Shown here in pieces: positions 1 through 8,279 of a stretch of DNA of 42,963 nucleotides. The DNA comes from a virus: IMG/VR virus record IMGVR_UViG_3300045988_024953; one strand, written 5' to 3'. Both the position numbers and the translations under genes were made by a program. The notes beneath the pieces were generated by a model. The model did not search any database and was not told the origin of the DNA. It saw only the letters and a program-made list of their open reading frames with translations. The number at the start of each line of letters is the position of its first letter. The stretch's first letter is position 1.

Positions 1-55
1 CCAGACATTGATCCAGAACATCCTGCCGGTCGTTGTGAGCCTGCTGTCCCAGATC
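1..55. repeat. Terminal overlap, copy 1 (identical to 42909-42963)
   Basis: Exact 55-nt identity read directly from the sequence. This is most simply an assembler circularisation overlap. Confidence 0.9.
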
Positions 56-481
56 ATTCCGGTGGCGATGCAAATTATCCAGGCGATACTGCCGGTTGTA
101 ACATCGTTATTGCAGGCACTCTTGCCTCTTGTATCTCAGATAATCGACGCGGTGCTTCCGATACTGATCCAACTGATCAACATGCTGCTCCCGATTATTA
201 TGCAGATAATCGATACAGTGCTTCCGGTACTGATCCAACTGATCAACTCGCTGCTTCCGGTTGTGACAATGATCATACAGTCGGTGCTTCCTATTGTTGT
301 GCAAATATTGAACACGCTGACGCCGATCCTGAGCATGATCATAAGCCTGCTCTCTCCTATTCTGGAGCTGATCATGGCAGTTGTGCAGCCTATTCTTAAT
401 TTGATAATGATGGCCGTGCAGCCGTTGATCAGTGTGCTCTCTGTTCTGATCGAGGCAGCCCTTCGACCACTGCAGCCTATA
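1..481 (+). repeat. 33-bp (11-codon) tandem periodicity inside the tape measure gene, downstream half
   Basis: The translation shows consecutive units such as ILPVVVSLLSQ, IIPVAMQIIQA, ILPVVTSLLQA, LLPLVSQIIDA, VLPILIQLINM and more. Confidence 0.8.
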
Positions 482-1228
482 ATTCAAGTGCTTGCACAGC
501 TGTTCACCGGCGTGCTCGGCGGAGCGATGCAGTCCATCCAGCCGATCATCAGCGCCGTGCAGTCAATTTTCCAAGGCTTGATGAACTTTATCACTGGCGT
601 TTTCACCGGCAACTGGTCACAAGCATGGTCTGGTGTCGTTCAAACTCTCGGTGGCATCTTCGAGGGCATCATTGCAGTGGTGAAGGCACCTATCAATGCA
701 GTCATTGGATTGATCAACGGTGCGATCGGCGCGCTGAACAAAATCAGTGTCAAGATCCCAGACTGGGTACCGGGTGTCGGAGGTCAAAACTTCGGCGTCA
801 ACATTCCGACAATCAGCTATCTGGCAACCGGTGGATTTACGGACGGCATATCAATCGCCGGAGAAGCTGGAACGGAGGCAGTAATTTCATTCGATAGAGC
901 ATACAGAGCTGACAACATCGGATACTGGAAAGAAGCCGGACGGATGCTCGGTGTTCTGGATAGTAATGGAATTATGAAAACGGATCAGACTCAGAGCTCA
1001 CTTGCTGGCGAACTGCTAACACTTGACGACTTTTCACTGTCTGATCTTGCAACACAAAACCAGACTATAATATACGATTTTTCCGGCATGAGTTACTCGC
1101 CTACTATTCAGGCAAATGGAAACGCCGACGAGGCAAGCCTTATGGAACAGTTGAGAGAAAACGAAGCCGATTTCATCGACTGGCTGGAGAGTTGGCTGAG
1201 ACGCAGGGAGGTGACTGCTTATGCCTAA
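2..1228 (+). CDS. Tail tape measure protein, C-terminal part (continues 41635-42908 across the circular junction; 833 aa in total)
   Basis: The frame is continuous with 41635 (42910 corresponds to position 2). It contains hydrophobic 11-residue repeats and sits between the tail chaperone and the baseplate genes. Confidence 0.85.
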   Translation, partial: QTLIQNILPVVVSLLSQIIPVAMQIIQAILPVVTSLLQALLPLVSQIIDAVLPILIQLINMLLPIIMQIIDTVLPVLIQLINSLLPVVTMIIQSVLPIVVQILNTLTPILSMIISLLSPILELIMAVVQPILNLIMMAVQPLISVLSVLIEAALRPLQPIIQVLAQLFTGVLGGAMQSIQPIISAVQSIFQGLMNFITGVFTGNWSQAWSGVVQTLGGIFEGIIAVVKAPINAVIGLINGAIGALNKISVKIPDWVPGVGGQNFGVNIPTISYLATGGFTDGISIAGEAGTEAVISFDRAYRADNIGYWKEAGRMLGVLDSNGIMKTDQTQSSLAGELLTLDDFSLSDLATQNQTIIYDFSGMSYSPTIQANGNADEASLMEQLRENEADFIDWLESWLRRREVTAYA

Positions 1229-1451
1229 TATATCAGGCTACTACACATACACAACCCAGGAGGGCGACACGTTCGACCTCCTGGCTCTGGATATGTACGA
1301 TGACGAAAAAATGGCACATTACATCATTCAGGCAAATCCGGACTACTCCGACATGATTGTTTTCCCTGGTGGCGTAGAATTGCAGCTCCCAATCATATCC
1401 AGCGACGAACTCAGCGACACGGTCGCACCATGGAGGCGATCGGATGGCTGA
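1221..1451 (+). CDS. LysM-like tail protein (PBSX XkdP / P2 gpX-like)
   Basis: 76 aa with a YTxxxGDTFDLLALDMY LysM-type motif. It lies directly after the TMP and overlaps its stop. Confidence 0.6.
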   Translation: MPNISGYYTYTTQEGDTFDLLALDMYDDEKMAHYIIQANPDYSDMIVFPGGVELQLPIISSDELSDTVAPWRRSDG

Positions 1452-2367
1452 GAAAATAATTTACAACAATACAAACATCAGCACGGCCACTACAAGCATG
1501 GCGGCAACTTATGACATGTTTGTGGGGGCTCAGCAAGCTGACAATATCGTTCTAACTTTTGAGGACTCAGACAGCCGGTGGAAAAAATGGGCACCAAAGT
1601 CCGGCGACACCATCGAATACCAGCGCGACGGCGTATCCACTGGCATCATGCACATATATGAGCCGCAACTGCTCAATGGTCTCTGCATCATTCGAGCGTG
1701 CTCCATGCCTCAAGATGCAAAAGTAAAACACTCGAAAAGCTGGCAGCAGGTTCACCTGCTACAATTCGGCAACGAAGTCGCTGCTCGCTTCGGCATGACT
1801 TTCGAGCTTTTAGGATTGAGCGATCTGTACTATGAACACATGCGCCAGGAAAACGAAACAGACATCGGCTTCCTGCAAAAAATCGCAAGCCTCGAAGGTG
1901 CTGCGCTGATCCTATTCAACAACCGGATCATTATGGCTCAGGAAAAACCTCTCGAGGCATCCGACGCAATTTTACAAGTGTCTGCCGCTGGCTCATATAT
2001 CGAGAGCAGTGACAAGCGCGGTCTTGCATACGGATCTGCAGAGGTCCGTGCTGGCGTTTACTACGGAAAATATACCGCAGACGCAAGCAACAAGAGGAAT
2101 TTCTTGCCGGAGCAATCAATCATGGCAGGAAGTAATGCCGAGGCTGCGCGTTTTGCAGCGGGACAACTGAGGCAAATTAACAAACAGCTGACAGATGCAA
2201 AAATGCAGACGTCGCTCATGCCAGAACTAACTGCCGGTGTCAACATAGAACTGACCGGCTCAGATGTTCCGTTCTGGAATGGTAAGAACTACCTCTACCA
2301 TGTCCGGCATGAATACCACAAACAGCAGACCACTCTGTTTATGAGGAAACCACTGGAGGGATATTGA
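1444..2367 (+). CDS. Tail/baseplate hub protein, gpD (late control D) / XkdQ-like
   Basis: 307 aa with a QENETDIGFLQKIASLEGA motif typical of the gpD family. Position after TMP and the LysM protein fits. Confidence 0.65.
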   Translation: MAEKIIYNNTNISTATTSMAATYDMFVGAQQADNIVLTFEDSDSRWKKWAPKSGDTIEYQRDGVSTGIMHIYEPQLLNGLCIIRACSMPQDAKVKHSKSWQQVHLLQFGNEVAARFGMTFELLGLSDLYYEHMRQENETDIGFLQKIASLEGAALILFNNRIIMAQEKPLEASDAILQVSAAGSYIESSDKRGLAYGSAEVRAGVYYGKYTADASNKRNFLPEQSIMAGSNAEAARFAAGQLRQINKQLTDAKMQTSLMPELTAGVNIELTGSDVPFWNGKNYLYHVRHEYHKQQTTLFMRKPLEGY

Positions 2368-2567
2368 TGGACGGAAAAATCATAAAAGGCAAGGTGCTCA
2401 GCATCGACGGCAAGACCGCCAAGGTGGCACCAGTCGACAATATTGACAATGTAAGCCCCGCCATACATGTGGCGGAGTGGATAAAGGCAGAAAGCATAGT
2501 CAAGGAAAGCCTTGTGGCCTACTGCTTATTTCCGGATAACACCGGGATCATACTCTCGAAATTATAA
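2364..2567 (+). CDS. Small baseplate protein, gpV N-terminal OB-fold-like / XkdR-like
   Basis: 67 aa. The pattern GKVLSIDGKTAKVAPVD...VAYCLFPDNTGIILSKL resembles baseplate assembly protein V N-domains. ATGA overlap with the upstream gene. Confidence 0.4.
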   Translation: MMDGKIIKGKVLSIDGKTAKVAPVDNIDNVSPAIHVAEWIKAESIVKESLVAYCLFPDNTGIILSKL

Positions 2568-2578
2568 GGAGGATGCTC

Positions 2579-3040
2579 ATGGCAAAAGCTCAGGCCCAAT
2601 GGGGGAAACACAAATTCCTGATAAGCAGCAACCAGCTCAACCCGATGGGAGACTTCTCAACGTCGTCCGAAGCAAAAGCGTCAGACAGCAAAAGCAAGAA
2701 GAAAAAAACAGAGCTGGAAACTTACACACTGACCGAAACGTGCCACTCCGCCGCCGGAACTGATCCGGTGGCTCATTATAATGCCTGGCGCGCAGATATA
2801 GGCAACTACAACTCGCTTTATATGAACGGGAAAAAGTGGAAAAGCAACCCGCTCAAGTTGCAAAAGGTCTCCCTCGGATCAGTCAAACAGGACGACTTCG
2901 GCCGCATCCGGTACGCCGTCATAAGTTTGACATTTGAAGAAAAGAACCAACGCGAAACCTTCACACTGACATCCCGGGTAACTGCATCAAAATCAGCGAA
3001 AAAAGCGAGAAAGAAATCAAGAAAGAAAAAGAAAAAGTAA
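2579..3040 (+). CDS. Hypothetical tail/baseplate-module protein with a poly-lysine C-terminus
   Basis: AAGGAGG at 2566-2572 favours the ATG at 2579. The C-terminus is KSAKKARKKSRKKKKK. No confident family assignment. Confidence 0.55.
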   Translation: MAKAQAQWGKHKFLISSNQLNPMGDFSTSSEAKASDSKSKKKKTELETYTLTETCHSAAGTDPVAHYNAWRADIGNYNSLYMNGKKWKSNPLKLQKVSLGSVKQDDFGRIRYAVISLTFEEKNQRETFTLTSRVTASKSAKKARKKSRKKKKK

Positions 3041-3054
3041 GGGAGGAAAATGCA

Positions 3055-3345
3055 ATGTTAGGATCAGGAAACGGCGAGCCACAAACGTGCGCCGAAAATT
3101 TATTAAAAACGCCACGCTTCTCTGTACCGTATGAGCGGATCAAAGGCATCGACGGCAGCTTGATCGACTCCCCTGCTGCCACAGCTGGCGATGATATGAT
3201 CGCCGATGCTGAGTGGCTCCTGGAAACATACGAGCCGCGGGTGCAGGTAAACAGCATTGAAGCCAACGAAACCGATGGAGTCGGTGACTTCGGCATTGTG
3301 GCGGATCTATCCATCAATATATTAGACGAGGAGGAAGATGCATGA
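3055..3345 (+). CDS. Baseplate wedge protein, gpW/gp25-like
   Basis: 96 aa with an IADAEWLLETYEPRVQV motif (GPW_gp25-like). It lies immediately upstream of baseplate J. Confidence 0.6.
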   Translation: MLGSGNGEPQTCAENLLKTPRFSVPYERIKGIDGSLIDSPAATAGDDMIADAEWLLETYEPRVQVNSIEANETDGVGDFGIVADLSINILDEEEDA

Positions 3346-4466
3346 GTGACTTAAATTTTATCACGATTGACTCCTCGGAGATTTACGACACCATAATCAC
3401 CGCACTGGAAAACGGCTGCAGCGACGAGCTATATCCTGGAGACGAACGCCGCATATTCGGCGAGGCTCTTGTGGCTGTCATTGTGGCCACATTCAACTCA
3501 GTGAATGATGCTTGCCGCCAGAGACTACTGCGCTACGCCAGAGGCGAAGTCCTGGACGCACTCGGAGAGTCAAGAGGAGTCTTGAGAGAGACACCGGTGT
3601 GCAGCACCGCAACGGAGCGCTTCTCGGTGTCAACAGCAATCGGTGACAATATAGTCATACCAAAGGGCACGCGAGTGACTTGCGACTACTCTCATTACTT
3701 CACTACCGACAAAACGGTCGTACTTCCAGCTGGTTCTTTGTATGTCGATGTCGGTATCACGGCAACAGTCGGCGGTGAGGAATACAACAAGATCCTTCCG
3801 GGATCAATCAATGTCATGGTGGACCAGATCCCATACATTGATAAAGTTGAAAACCTTGCCAAGACATCCGGCGGAGCTGACAAAGAGACGGACGATGTGT
3901 ATCGCGAAAGAATACGAACCAGCAGCGCAAAGGTGTCAGTTGCCGGACCAGCTATCGCCTACAAATACTGGGCCATGGCAGCAGATCCGACGATTGCAGA
4001 CGCGGTTGTTGAGTCTCCGAGCCCTGGTGTTGTTATGATCACGCCGATCGGATATGGTGGGCAGGTGCCAGACGAGTCGCTTCTGGCCAAGGTGCTGGCG
4101 TCCTGCTCTGCCGATGACGTTCGACCACTGACCGACCAGGTAAAGGTGCAAGCTCCGACTGTTGAGGAGTACGACATCGAATTGACCTATTACACATCAG
4201 CGGCAAACGAGTCGAAGTGTGTCAGTACAATCGAAGGAAGCGGCGGAGCTATTGACCAGTACAACTACTGGCAAGGCTCGGCACTAAGCCGAGACATCAA
4301 CCCGGACTATCTTCGCAAGCTAATTCTTGCACCGAGCTGGGGGGATGATCTTGTCGGCGCCGACCGCGTTGATATAGTGAGCCCGGTATATACCGATCTC
4401 AGCAAAACAACCGTCGCAAAATTCTCCGGGACAATCAAAGTATCACATGTCGTAGAGGAGGGATAG
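3342..4466 (+). CDS. Baseplate J-like protein (XkdT/gpJ)
   Basis: 374 aa. Size, position and N-terminal pattern (ELYPGDERRIFGEAL...) are typical of the Baseplate_J family. Confidence 0.8.
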   Translation: MSDLNFITIDSSEIYDTIITALENGCSDELYPGDERRIFGEALVAVIVATFNSVNDACRQRLLRYARGEVLDALGESRGVLRETPVCSTATERFSVSTAIGDNIVIPKGTRVTCDYSHYFTTDKTVVLPAGSLYVDVGITATVGGEEYNKILPGSINVMVDQIPYIDKVENLAKTSGGADKETDDVYRERIRTSSAKVSVAGPAIAYKYWAMAADPTIADAVVESPSPGVVMITPIGYGGQVPDESLLAKVLASCSADDVRPLTDQVKVQAPTVEEYDIELTYYTSAANESKCVSTIEGSGGAIDQYNYWQGSALSRDINPDYLRKLILAPSWGDDLVGADRVDIVSPVYTDLSKTTVAKFSGTIKVSHVVEEG

Positions 4467-4467
4467 C

Positions 4468-5592
4468 ATGAGCATGAAACTTGAAAATGTCGAAATTGTG
4501 AAGCTGCTCCCTCCCTGGATGCGACAAGACGAAGCAAACGCAGCACTCAGCAGATCCGCGAGCTCTCTTTTTCAGGAACCAGCCAAGAGGATCAAACAAC
4601 TCCGGATCTGGGACAAAATTGACGAGCTGGACGATGATATGCTGGACGAGCTGGCCTGGGAGCTGAACATCGACTGGTACAGCTCAGCCATGGAGATCTC
4701 CAAAAAAAGAGCAACCATCAAAGTGGCGCACTTGATCATGGAAAAGCGTGGCACAAAATGGGCTGTCGAACAGCTTATATCCGCGTACTTCGGCACCGGA
4801 TATGTCAAAGAATGGTTTGAGTACGGTGGCGATCCGTATATGTTCCGCGTTTTGACCACCAACCCCGACATCGGGGACGATGGCATGGCTGGCTTTTTCA
4901 AGCAGGTAGACGTTGCCAAAAGTGTCCGATCACACATGGAAGGCGTCTACTTTTACGAGGAACTTGAGCCGGTGATCCTGGTCTCTCCCACTTCTACTGC
5001 TCATGTATTTGAGTATGTAAAATGCGGGACCAGACCAAGATCTGCAAACATCGGCAGGATCAAGACGACCACTATCGAGGCGAGCCCTCAGGCATCGAGC
5101 CATGGTTTTGAATATACACACGCCGGAGACGGTACCAAGGCTGGCACCTACCCACGCCAGGCAAACGTGGCCAAGATAAAAAACGGAGAGGTTGATGCCC
5201 TTCCGCAGTCAAGACATCACCCTTTTGAATATGCCACACACGCCGGGGATGGCACCAAAGCCGGTACCTACCCGAACCGGATGGCTCTGGGTGAAATAAC
5301 AAAAGCAACAGTTGAAGCCGATGGATCCGCCGAAATCATCGGCTTTATGTATGCCAGAACGACCGGCACCTATCCGAGAGCTGCTAACAATGCTGAGATT
5401 ACAACGGCAGCAGTTGAAACAGACGGATCTCTCGATCCGCATCAATTTGAGTATATCAGGAAAGCGGGAACGAGCCCAAGGCACGCCACTCTCGCTGAGA
5501 CAGCTCAAGGAAACATGGAGGCAGCAGGCGCCACCTCGGTGCACTGTTTCACATACACAAAATGCGGCACTAAGAAGTGCGGGCAAAAGTAG
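4468..5592 (+). CDS. Tail protein gpI/XkdU-like with C-terminal tandem repeats
   Basis: N-terminal LPPWMR...LDELAWELNIDWY...KRGTKWAVEQL matches the P2 gpI-type family. The C-terminal half carries six FEY...GT.PR.AN repeats. Confidence 0.65.
   Translation: MSMKLENVEIVKLLPPWMRQDEANAALSRSASSLFQEPAKRIKQLRIWDKIDELDDDMLDELAWELNIDWYSSAMEISKKRATIKVAHLIMEKRGTKWAVEQLISAYFGTGYVKEWFEYGGDPYMFRVLTTNPDIGDDGMAGFFKQVDVAKSVRSHMEGVYFYEELEPVILVSPTSTAHVFEYVKCGTRPRSANIGRIKTTTIEASPQASSHGFEYTHAGDGTKAGTYPRQANVAKIKNGEVDALPQSRHHPFEYATHAGDGTKAGTYPNRMALGEITKATVEADGSAEIIGFMYARTTGTYPRAANNAEITTAAVETDGSLDPHQFEYIRKAGTSPRHATLAETAQGNMEAAGATSVHCFTYTKCGTKKCGQK
5002..5592 (+). repeat. Six degenerate ~33-40-aa coding repeats in the gpI-like protein
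   Basis: The units begin HVFEYVKCGTRPRSAN, HGFEYTHAGDGTKAGTYPRQAN, HPFEYATHAGDGTKAGTYPNRMA, IGFMYARTTGTYPRAAN, HQFEYIRKAGTSPRHAT and HCFTYTKCGTKKCG. Confidence 0.75.
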
Positions 5593-5606
5593 GAAGGAGG
5601 CAACCT

Positions 5607-5921
5607 ATGGCGGCAAATTTTTTCAGTGACAGCTTTATGGCACGCCGTCGGCAGCAGTGGCTCCGCTCTATCCTCAGACTGGAGGTAAGAACCAACGGGA
5701 CGTGGTATGAGGGAGACATCCAGAAGAAAGAAGTCCAGGGCGACACCCTGGTCCTCAATGTTGTGTTTTCTGCCGTCGACAACATGAGCTGCACAATCGA
5801 CCGATCAAGGATTTTCGACGTATATGGCGAAGTTATCCACGAGCAGGTTGAAGCAATCAAAAAGGCAAAAGGCCAGGGCACAATGATCCAGATCAAGGTG
5901 CCGATCAAAGAACCAAGTTAA
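5607..5921 (+). CDS. Hypothetical tail-fibre-module protein
   Basis: AGGAGG at 5595-5600 followed by the ATG at 5607. No recognisable domain. Confidence 0.55.
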   Translation: MAANFFSDSFMARRRQQWLRSILRLEVRTNGTWYEGDIQKKEVQGDTLVLNVVFSAVDNMSCTIDRSRIFDVYGEVIHEQVEAIKKAKGQGTMIQIKVPIKEPS

Positions 5922-5933
5922 GGAGGCGAAACC

Positions 5934-6368
5934 ATGTACAGAGAAACAAAATGGCAGGACGAAATCGTTGACTCCGAAACAAAGGAACTGATCCAGGACG
6001 GAACCGATCAGTCTGCCGGAAATTTCAACAATGCAGAGCATGGCATCAGCGACGCGCATCTTGCGGCACTGATCATGTTCTCTGGGATGCTTCCACAGAT
6101 CCGTGCCAACACTGTGGAAAAAAAGACAGTCACACTGACAAACACGAAGCGCGTCCCATTCAACAATAGCAAAAAGTCCGTCGCTCTTGCTGAAACCAGA
6201 GACTCCCTCAACTACGACGTTGAGGTTGAGGTCGTGGAGACCGCAGGCACCGGCATCGTTGGAGAGTTTGACATCACCGACAAGATGCTCAACGGCTTCA
6301 AAATTGCATACAGCGGAAGCGCCTCAAGCGTAACCGTGAATTTAACCATCAAAGGAGGTAGCAACTAA
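5934..6368 (+). CDS. Putative tail fibre / fibre-associated protein
   Basis: The N-terminal GTDQSAGNFNNAEHGISDAH motif resembles the conserved N-termini of Firmicutes prophage tail fibres (XkdV-like). Confidence 0.45.
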   Translation: MYRETKWQDEIVDSETKELIQDGTDQSAGNFNNAEHGISDAHLAALIMFSGMLPQIRANTVEKKTVTLTNTKRVPFNNSKKSVALAETRDSLNYDVEVEVVETAGTGIVGEFDITDKMLNGFKIAYSGSASSVTVNLTIKGGSN

Positions 6369-6751
6369 TGGCAAAGGAAAAACCAGTGACCGTTGTTGAG
6401 ATCAACGAGGGCACAAAAATCGACTACGAACAGAACGGCACAAAGCTCACATTCGACGATCAGCTTATGATCAACGTGGCAAAGTACCAGAAGGGCTTCC
6501 CGGTACATGTTGACATCTGCATGGATGCTGACAGAAACCTCTGCACCGGCGTGGCTGCTGGACTCTTTTATGTTGCACAGCTTGACATCCCTGCTATCAA
6601 GTACGAGGAGCAGACAACAAGCGAAAACGACAGCTCTGACGAGAATGGCATGAACCCGCAGACGCCACCCGCAGTCATTCCGCTCGATATGTCAGACGTA
6701 ACTCTCACATTATGGAGCATCGACCAGCTGACTCCAGCAACCGAAGAATAG
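6368..6751 (+). CDS. Hypothetical tail-fibre-module protein
   Basis: 127 aa. TAATG coupling with the upstream gene. Acidic C-terminal half. Confidence 0.5.
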   Translation: MAKEKPVTVVEINEGTKIDYEQNGTKLTFDDQLMINVAKYQKGFPVHVDICMDADRNLCTGVAAGLFYVAQLDIPAIKYEEQTTSENDSSDENGMNPQTPPAVIPLDMSDVTLTLWSIDQLTPATEE

Positions 6752-6760
6752 GAGGAAAAC

Positions 6761-7831
6761 ATGAGTAAACCTAATTTTGATTTATCAAATCTGGCGCTCC
6801 AGATGGTGCTGCCAAACAATGAGCTTATTTATGACGACAAGGGGATGCCTTCCGTCATGGTCAAGATCCCAAAATTTAAGATCAGTGACGTGATCACCGG
6901 CGGATCAAGCAACACACACCCTGCCTTTATTGTAAACGGCAAAGAAATCGACGCGATCTACATCAGCAAGTACCTCAATGTTGTTGATGATGGCAGAGCC
7001 TACTCTCTCCCAGGCCAGGATCCGGCGAACACACTCAACTTTGACCAGGCAGTGCAGTATTGCACAGCAAAAGGAGAGGGCTGGCATCTTATGACCAACG
7101 CAGAATGGGCTGCCGTTGAGCTCTGGTGCTTAAAGAATGGCTTCATCCCTAAGGGTAACAACAATTACGGAAAAGACGGATCCGAGAGCAACCGCAAGGC
7201 TATTCCGTCCAACATGGATGGCTCGAACGTCGGAAGAACCGCAACCGGAACCGGTCCTCTTTCCTGGTATCACGACGGAACCGTTTGCGGCATTGCGGAT
7301 CTCAAGGGTGATGTCTGGGAATGGTCTGGCGGCCTCCGTTTTGTATTCGGAGAGGTGCAGGTGCTCGCAGATAACAGCGCCGCGGATCTCGACAACCCTC
7401 AGAACGCATCCAGCGCAATGTGGAAAGCCATTGACGCAACAAGTGGCAGCTTAATCGATCCTAAGGGAGACGGACGCACCGCGAACTCTGTCAAGGTCGA
7501 CATTGTTTCCGGAAAGATGCAGTACACCACCACCATCGCCAACGCTACCGGCAATGTAAACTGCAAATTTGCAGAAATCACTTGCGCGGCGTCAATCGGC
7601 GCAGCAGCGAAGGCAGTCCTCCAGGCGCTCGGTCTGCTCTGCACCGACACCTCTGCAGACTACGCAACAAGCCAGTGCTACCTCAACAATGCAGAGGCAG
7701 AGCGTCTGGTGTCTCGCGGGGGCCGCTGGTACCACTCTGCGTCTGGACTCTTTTCGTTCTACGGCAACATTCCGCGCTCGTCTGTGTACTGGAGCATCGG
7801 TTTCCGCTCCGCTTATTACAAGAAGATCTGA
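6761..7831 (+). CDS. DGR target protein: FGE-sulfatase/C-type-lectin-fold putative receptor-binding tail protein
   Basis: 356 aa. The motifs GWHLMTNAEWAAVELW, GDVWEWSGG and C-terminal WSIGFRSA are typical of the FGE-sulfatase/CLec fold. VR occupies the last ~40 codons. Confidence 0.9.
   Translation: MSKPNFDLSNLALQMVLPNNELIYDDKGMPSVMVKIPKFKISDVITGGSSNTHPAFIVNGKEIDAIYISKYLNVVDDGRAYSLPGQDPANTLNFDQAVQYCTAKGEGWHLMTNAEWAAVELWCLKNGFIPKGNNNYGKDGSESNRKAIPSNMDGSNVGRTATGTGPLSWYHDGTVCGIADLKGDVWEWSGGLRFVFGEVQVLADNSAADLDNPQNASSAMWKAIDATSGSLIDPKGDGRTANSVKVDIVSGKMQYTTTIANATGNVNCKFAEITCAASIGAAAKAVLQALGLLCTDTSADYATSQCYLNNAEAERLVSRGGRWYHSASGLFSFYGNIPRSSVYWSIGFRSAYYKKI
7702..7813 (+). repeat. DGR variable region (VR)
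   Basis: Aligns without gaps to 8280-8391. There are 13 mismatches, all opposite TR adenines. Confidence 0.93.
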
Positions 7832-7857
7832 CAATCTGATAATCTGAGGATCTGATC
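7826..7857 (+). repeat. 8-bp tandem array: ATCTGA x4 with 2-nt spacers
   Basis: The sequence is atctgaca atctgata atctgagg atctgatc. The TGAs at 7829, 7837, 7845 and 7853 cover all three frames, and the first is the target gene's stop codon. Confidence 0.85.
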
Positions 7858-7882
7858 AGGGGCGCCCGCCAAAGCGCCCCTG
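7857..7882 (+). promoter_or_regulatory. GC-rich stem-loop downstream of VR (candidate DGR target-recognition hairpin and/or terminator)
   Basis: caggggcgc (7857-7865) pairs with gcgcccctg (7874-7882) around an 8-nt loop ccgccaaa, followed by gttattta. Confidence 0.6.
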
Positions 7883-7905
7883 GTTATTTATGAGAAAGGA
7901 AGCAC

Positions 7906-8247
7906 ATGGCAGATTTAAAACTACAACAAAAGATTGAGAGGATGATCTCAAAGTCATCCATCTGGATCAACAATATGCCAAAGCCCGACAAATTCGTGCT
8001 CGGCGAAGAAATAAGAAGATCAGAGTGGATGATGCTCCGGTGGAGTATTCTGGGAAATGCTACACATAAAAGCAAACGACCATATCAGGAAAAGATTGAC
8101 GACGAGCTCAAGGTGCTCAAAGGCTTCATTGATCTGGCCGTGCAGCCAGAAAATAAGCTGATCAGTCCAGGAGCTCACGGAGAATGGACTGCGATGCTGA
8201 CAGAAATCGGCTGCATCCTCGGTGGATGGATAAACCGCACAACATGA
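7906..8247 (+). CDS. avd: DGR accessory variability determinant (Avd)
   Basis: 113 aa, basic and helical. The C-terminal TEIGCILGGWINR resembles the EVGRILGSWIARVN of Bordetella phage Avd. It lies between the target gene and TR. Confidence 0.85.
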   Translation: MADLKLQQKIERMISKSSIWINNMPKPDKFVLGEEIRRSEWMMLRWSILGNATHKSKRPYQEKIDDELKVLKGFIDLAVQPENKLISPGAHGEWTAMLTEIGCILGGWINRTT

Positions 8248-8279
8248 TCGCACCGTGGGGGATGTGCCGGGAAATCGTG

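Noticed and set aside
1-55. The 55-nt terminal repeat as a biological direct terminal repeat or att site
   Set aside because: It lies in the middle of the tape measure ORF, which reads in frame through the join. A k-mer-sized assembler overlap is the simpler explanation, though only read mapping can prove it.
107-487. Antisense ORFs 107-487 and 136-375 on the minus strand
   Set aside because: They are artefacts of the 33-bp periodic repeat in the tape measure gene. Their translations are repetitive (HNNR.., DQLDQYRKH..) mirror images of the sense repeats.
7569-7847. Alternative-frame and antisense ORFs over the VR end of the target gene (7569-7847, 7582-7839, 7592-7834 minus)
   Set aside because: They are nested inside a well-supported CDS and give Arg/Ser/Ala-rich low-complexity translations with no RBS.
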